The notes under the pieces: model-generated
The model's input: only the letters and a program-made list of their open reading frames with translations
Told to the model about the DNA's origin: nothing
Database searches by the model: none
NCBI GenBank assembly: GCA_964016885.1
Contig: OZ024741.1
Coordinates: 359,476,001 to 359,540,000, forward strand
DNA length: 64,000 bases
Source of the DNA: Eledone cirrhosa
Lineage: Eukaryota
Reading direction: 5' to 3'
Made by a program: the position numbers and the translations under genes
Part shown: piece by piece, positions 62,330 to 64,000 of the stretch
Position numbering within the stretch: position 1 is the stretch's first letter
Layout: every line of letters starts with the position of its first letter

Positions 62330-62733
62330 CATCATCATCATCATCGTTTAACGTCCATGTTCGACGCTTGCATGGGTTTGGACGGGAGTTTTCCCACTTG
62401 AGGCAAGATTGGTTGTCTTGCTCGCATAGGACTGTCTGGCGGGTTTTCTACGGCTGGATGCCCTTCCTAACACCAACCACATTTACAGTGTGGACTGGGA
62501 GGTTTTTACCGTGTTACCTACATGGCCACATTACAGCGTGGACTGTGTGTTTTTTTGTCGTGACACCTACAGACCTCATTTGTTTCGGACTGGATGTTGT
62601 GGTACCAACATAACTTCACATTGAGGGGGTGGTGTGGATGGGGTGGGGGCAGTGGGACAGAGGTGTATTTTTGTTAGAGGTGCCTACTGACTGTAGGTTT
62701 CCCTTTGTACTTAGGCAAGGCGGGTCTTCTGTA
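62330..62733 (-). mobile_element. RTE 3'UTR fragment (same family as 26985-27362)
   Basis: Reverse complement of the 26985-27362 region; its (CAT)n tail abuts the palindrome. Confidence 0.8.
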
Positions 62734-62865
62734 TACGTAATAAATTGTGTTCCAATTCATCACTGATTCTTCGTTTCCCATTTTATCATACTCTGCTCCA
62801 AAGGAGCATAGAGTGCTCAGCCGGCCTACTGCCTATGGACACATCACGTGACCATACAACATATT

Positions 62866-64000
62866 ATCATCATCACCGTTTTACATCCGTTCTTCCACGC
62901 TAGCATCAGTTAGATGGGTTGTCCTGTTGTGGGCAGTGTCCAGTCGGGTGACCTTGTCTTGCTCATACAGGAACTGATTCTGGCTTGATTTCTACAGCTG
63001 GATGCCCTTCCTAACGCCAACCATATTTACAGTGAGTGCTGGGTGATTTTTTTTCCGTGGTGCCTACACATCCACTTTACAGTGTAGGCTGGGTGCTTTT
63101 TTGCCGTGGTACCTCCACGAGCACTTTGCAGGGGGGGGGGGCATATTGTCTATATGCTTCAGCTTCAGCTTGTTCCTGTGGGAGGTCAGGTCTTCCGTAT
63201 TACTGCGTGATGCCAGAGGTCACGGTCATGTGTCATTTCCCTTGAGAGGAGCAATTGGGTAAGGTCAGCCTTTATCACCTCATCCCAGGTCTTCTTGGGT
63301 CTCCCCACTCCGCGGTTTCCATCGACTTCTAGTGCTCTGCACCATTTTATGCAGCTGTCATCCTTCATACGCATCACATGTCCATAGGAACATAATCTCC
63401 TCTCCTGCACACAGCATTTGATTCCTCTTATGCTCAGTCTCTCCCTCAATTTGTTTATGCTTTGCTGTTTGCATATATTACTATTACACATCCATCGGAG
63501 CATGCAAGCTTCGTTTCTTTCTAATCTGCGCAATTCTTCTACAGACAGCGCCCAGGTTTCACTACCATATACCATTGCTGTTCGTATACACACATCATAT
63601 AGTTTGCCTTTCATTTTGAGGGAAAAGCCTTTTGCAGCTAGCAGTGGCAGTAGCTCCCTGAACTTCTTCCATCCCGTTCTTACCCTAGTTATTGTACTTT
63701 CCAAACACCCACCTTCGCTGCTAATTTGGTCACCTAGATAGCAGAAGCTGTCTACTGTTTCTACAGAGCCATCCCAGAGTTTGGTGGTGCTTGTTTCCTG
63801 TGGTCGTTTTCTGCTTGCTGTCCCAGCACAACTTCTACATATGAAGCCTACATTCTTAGTTAAACTTCCTGAGATCCCACTACATCTCTTGTGTACCCAT
63901 TTGGGGCAGAGGATGGAGTTCCTACCTCCACCTTTCCTACATACTGAGCAAGGCCATTTCCCTGAGGGGATCTGGGTTCTGTTTTCTCGTCTACTTAGAA
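62866..64000 (-). mobile_element. RTE-clade LINE 3' part, runs off the window edge
   Basis: FCYLGD, RVRTGWKKFREL, YGSETWAL, YGHVMRM, GRPKKTW; 3'UTR homologous to 34543-34900. Confidence 0.88.

Overview
Gene-free, repeat-dense eukaryotic DNA. The (TA)n/(CA)n load and the SINE/RTE types suggest an invertebrate, probably a cephalopod (Octopus-like); this is inference, not established. In order: a 4.65-kb 15-bp minisatellite; decayed Penelope and RTE remnants; three L1/Tx1-type LINEs joined head-to-tail through (ATT)n tracts, the third interrupted by a near-intact CsRn1-clade Gypsy element (tRNA-Trp PBS, 4-bp TSD, non-canonical TG...AA ends); a fourth full-length Tx1-type LINE with a 15-bp TSD; several RTE fragments. 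The dominant structure (38.7-59.8 kb) is a young head-to-head Penelope-like (RT + GIY-YIG) insertion forming a palindrome with ~2.27-kb arms. Part of it was amplified, with ~600 bp of flanking DNA, into five near-identical ~3.87-kb tandem units. Each unit carries an RT ORF on one strand, an endonuclease ORF on the other, a 525-bp inverted repeat, a mariner MITE and one apparently intact hammerhead ribozyme. Many other hammerhead motifs are scattered through the window, including back-to-back palindromic pairs and a family with a long conserved helix-II insert. No host protein-coding gene could be supported. All calls were made by eye, with no folding or database search.
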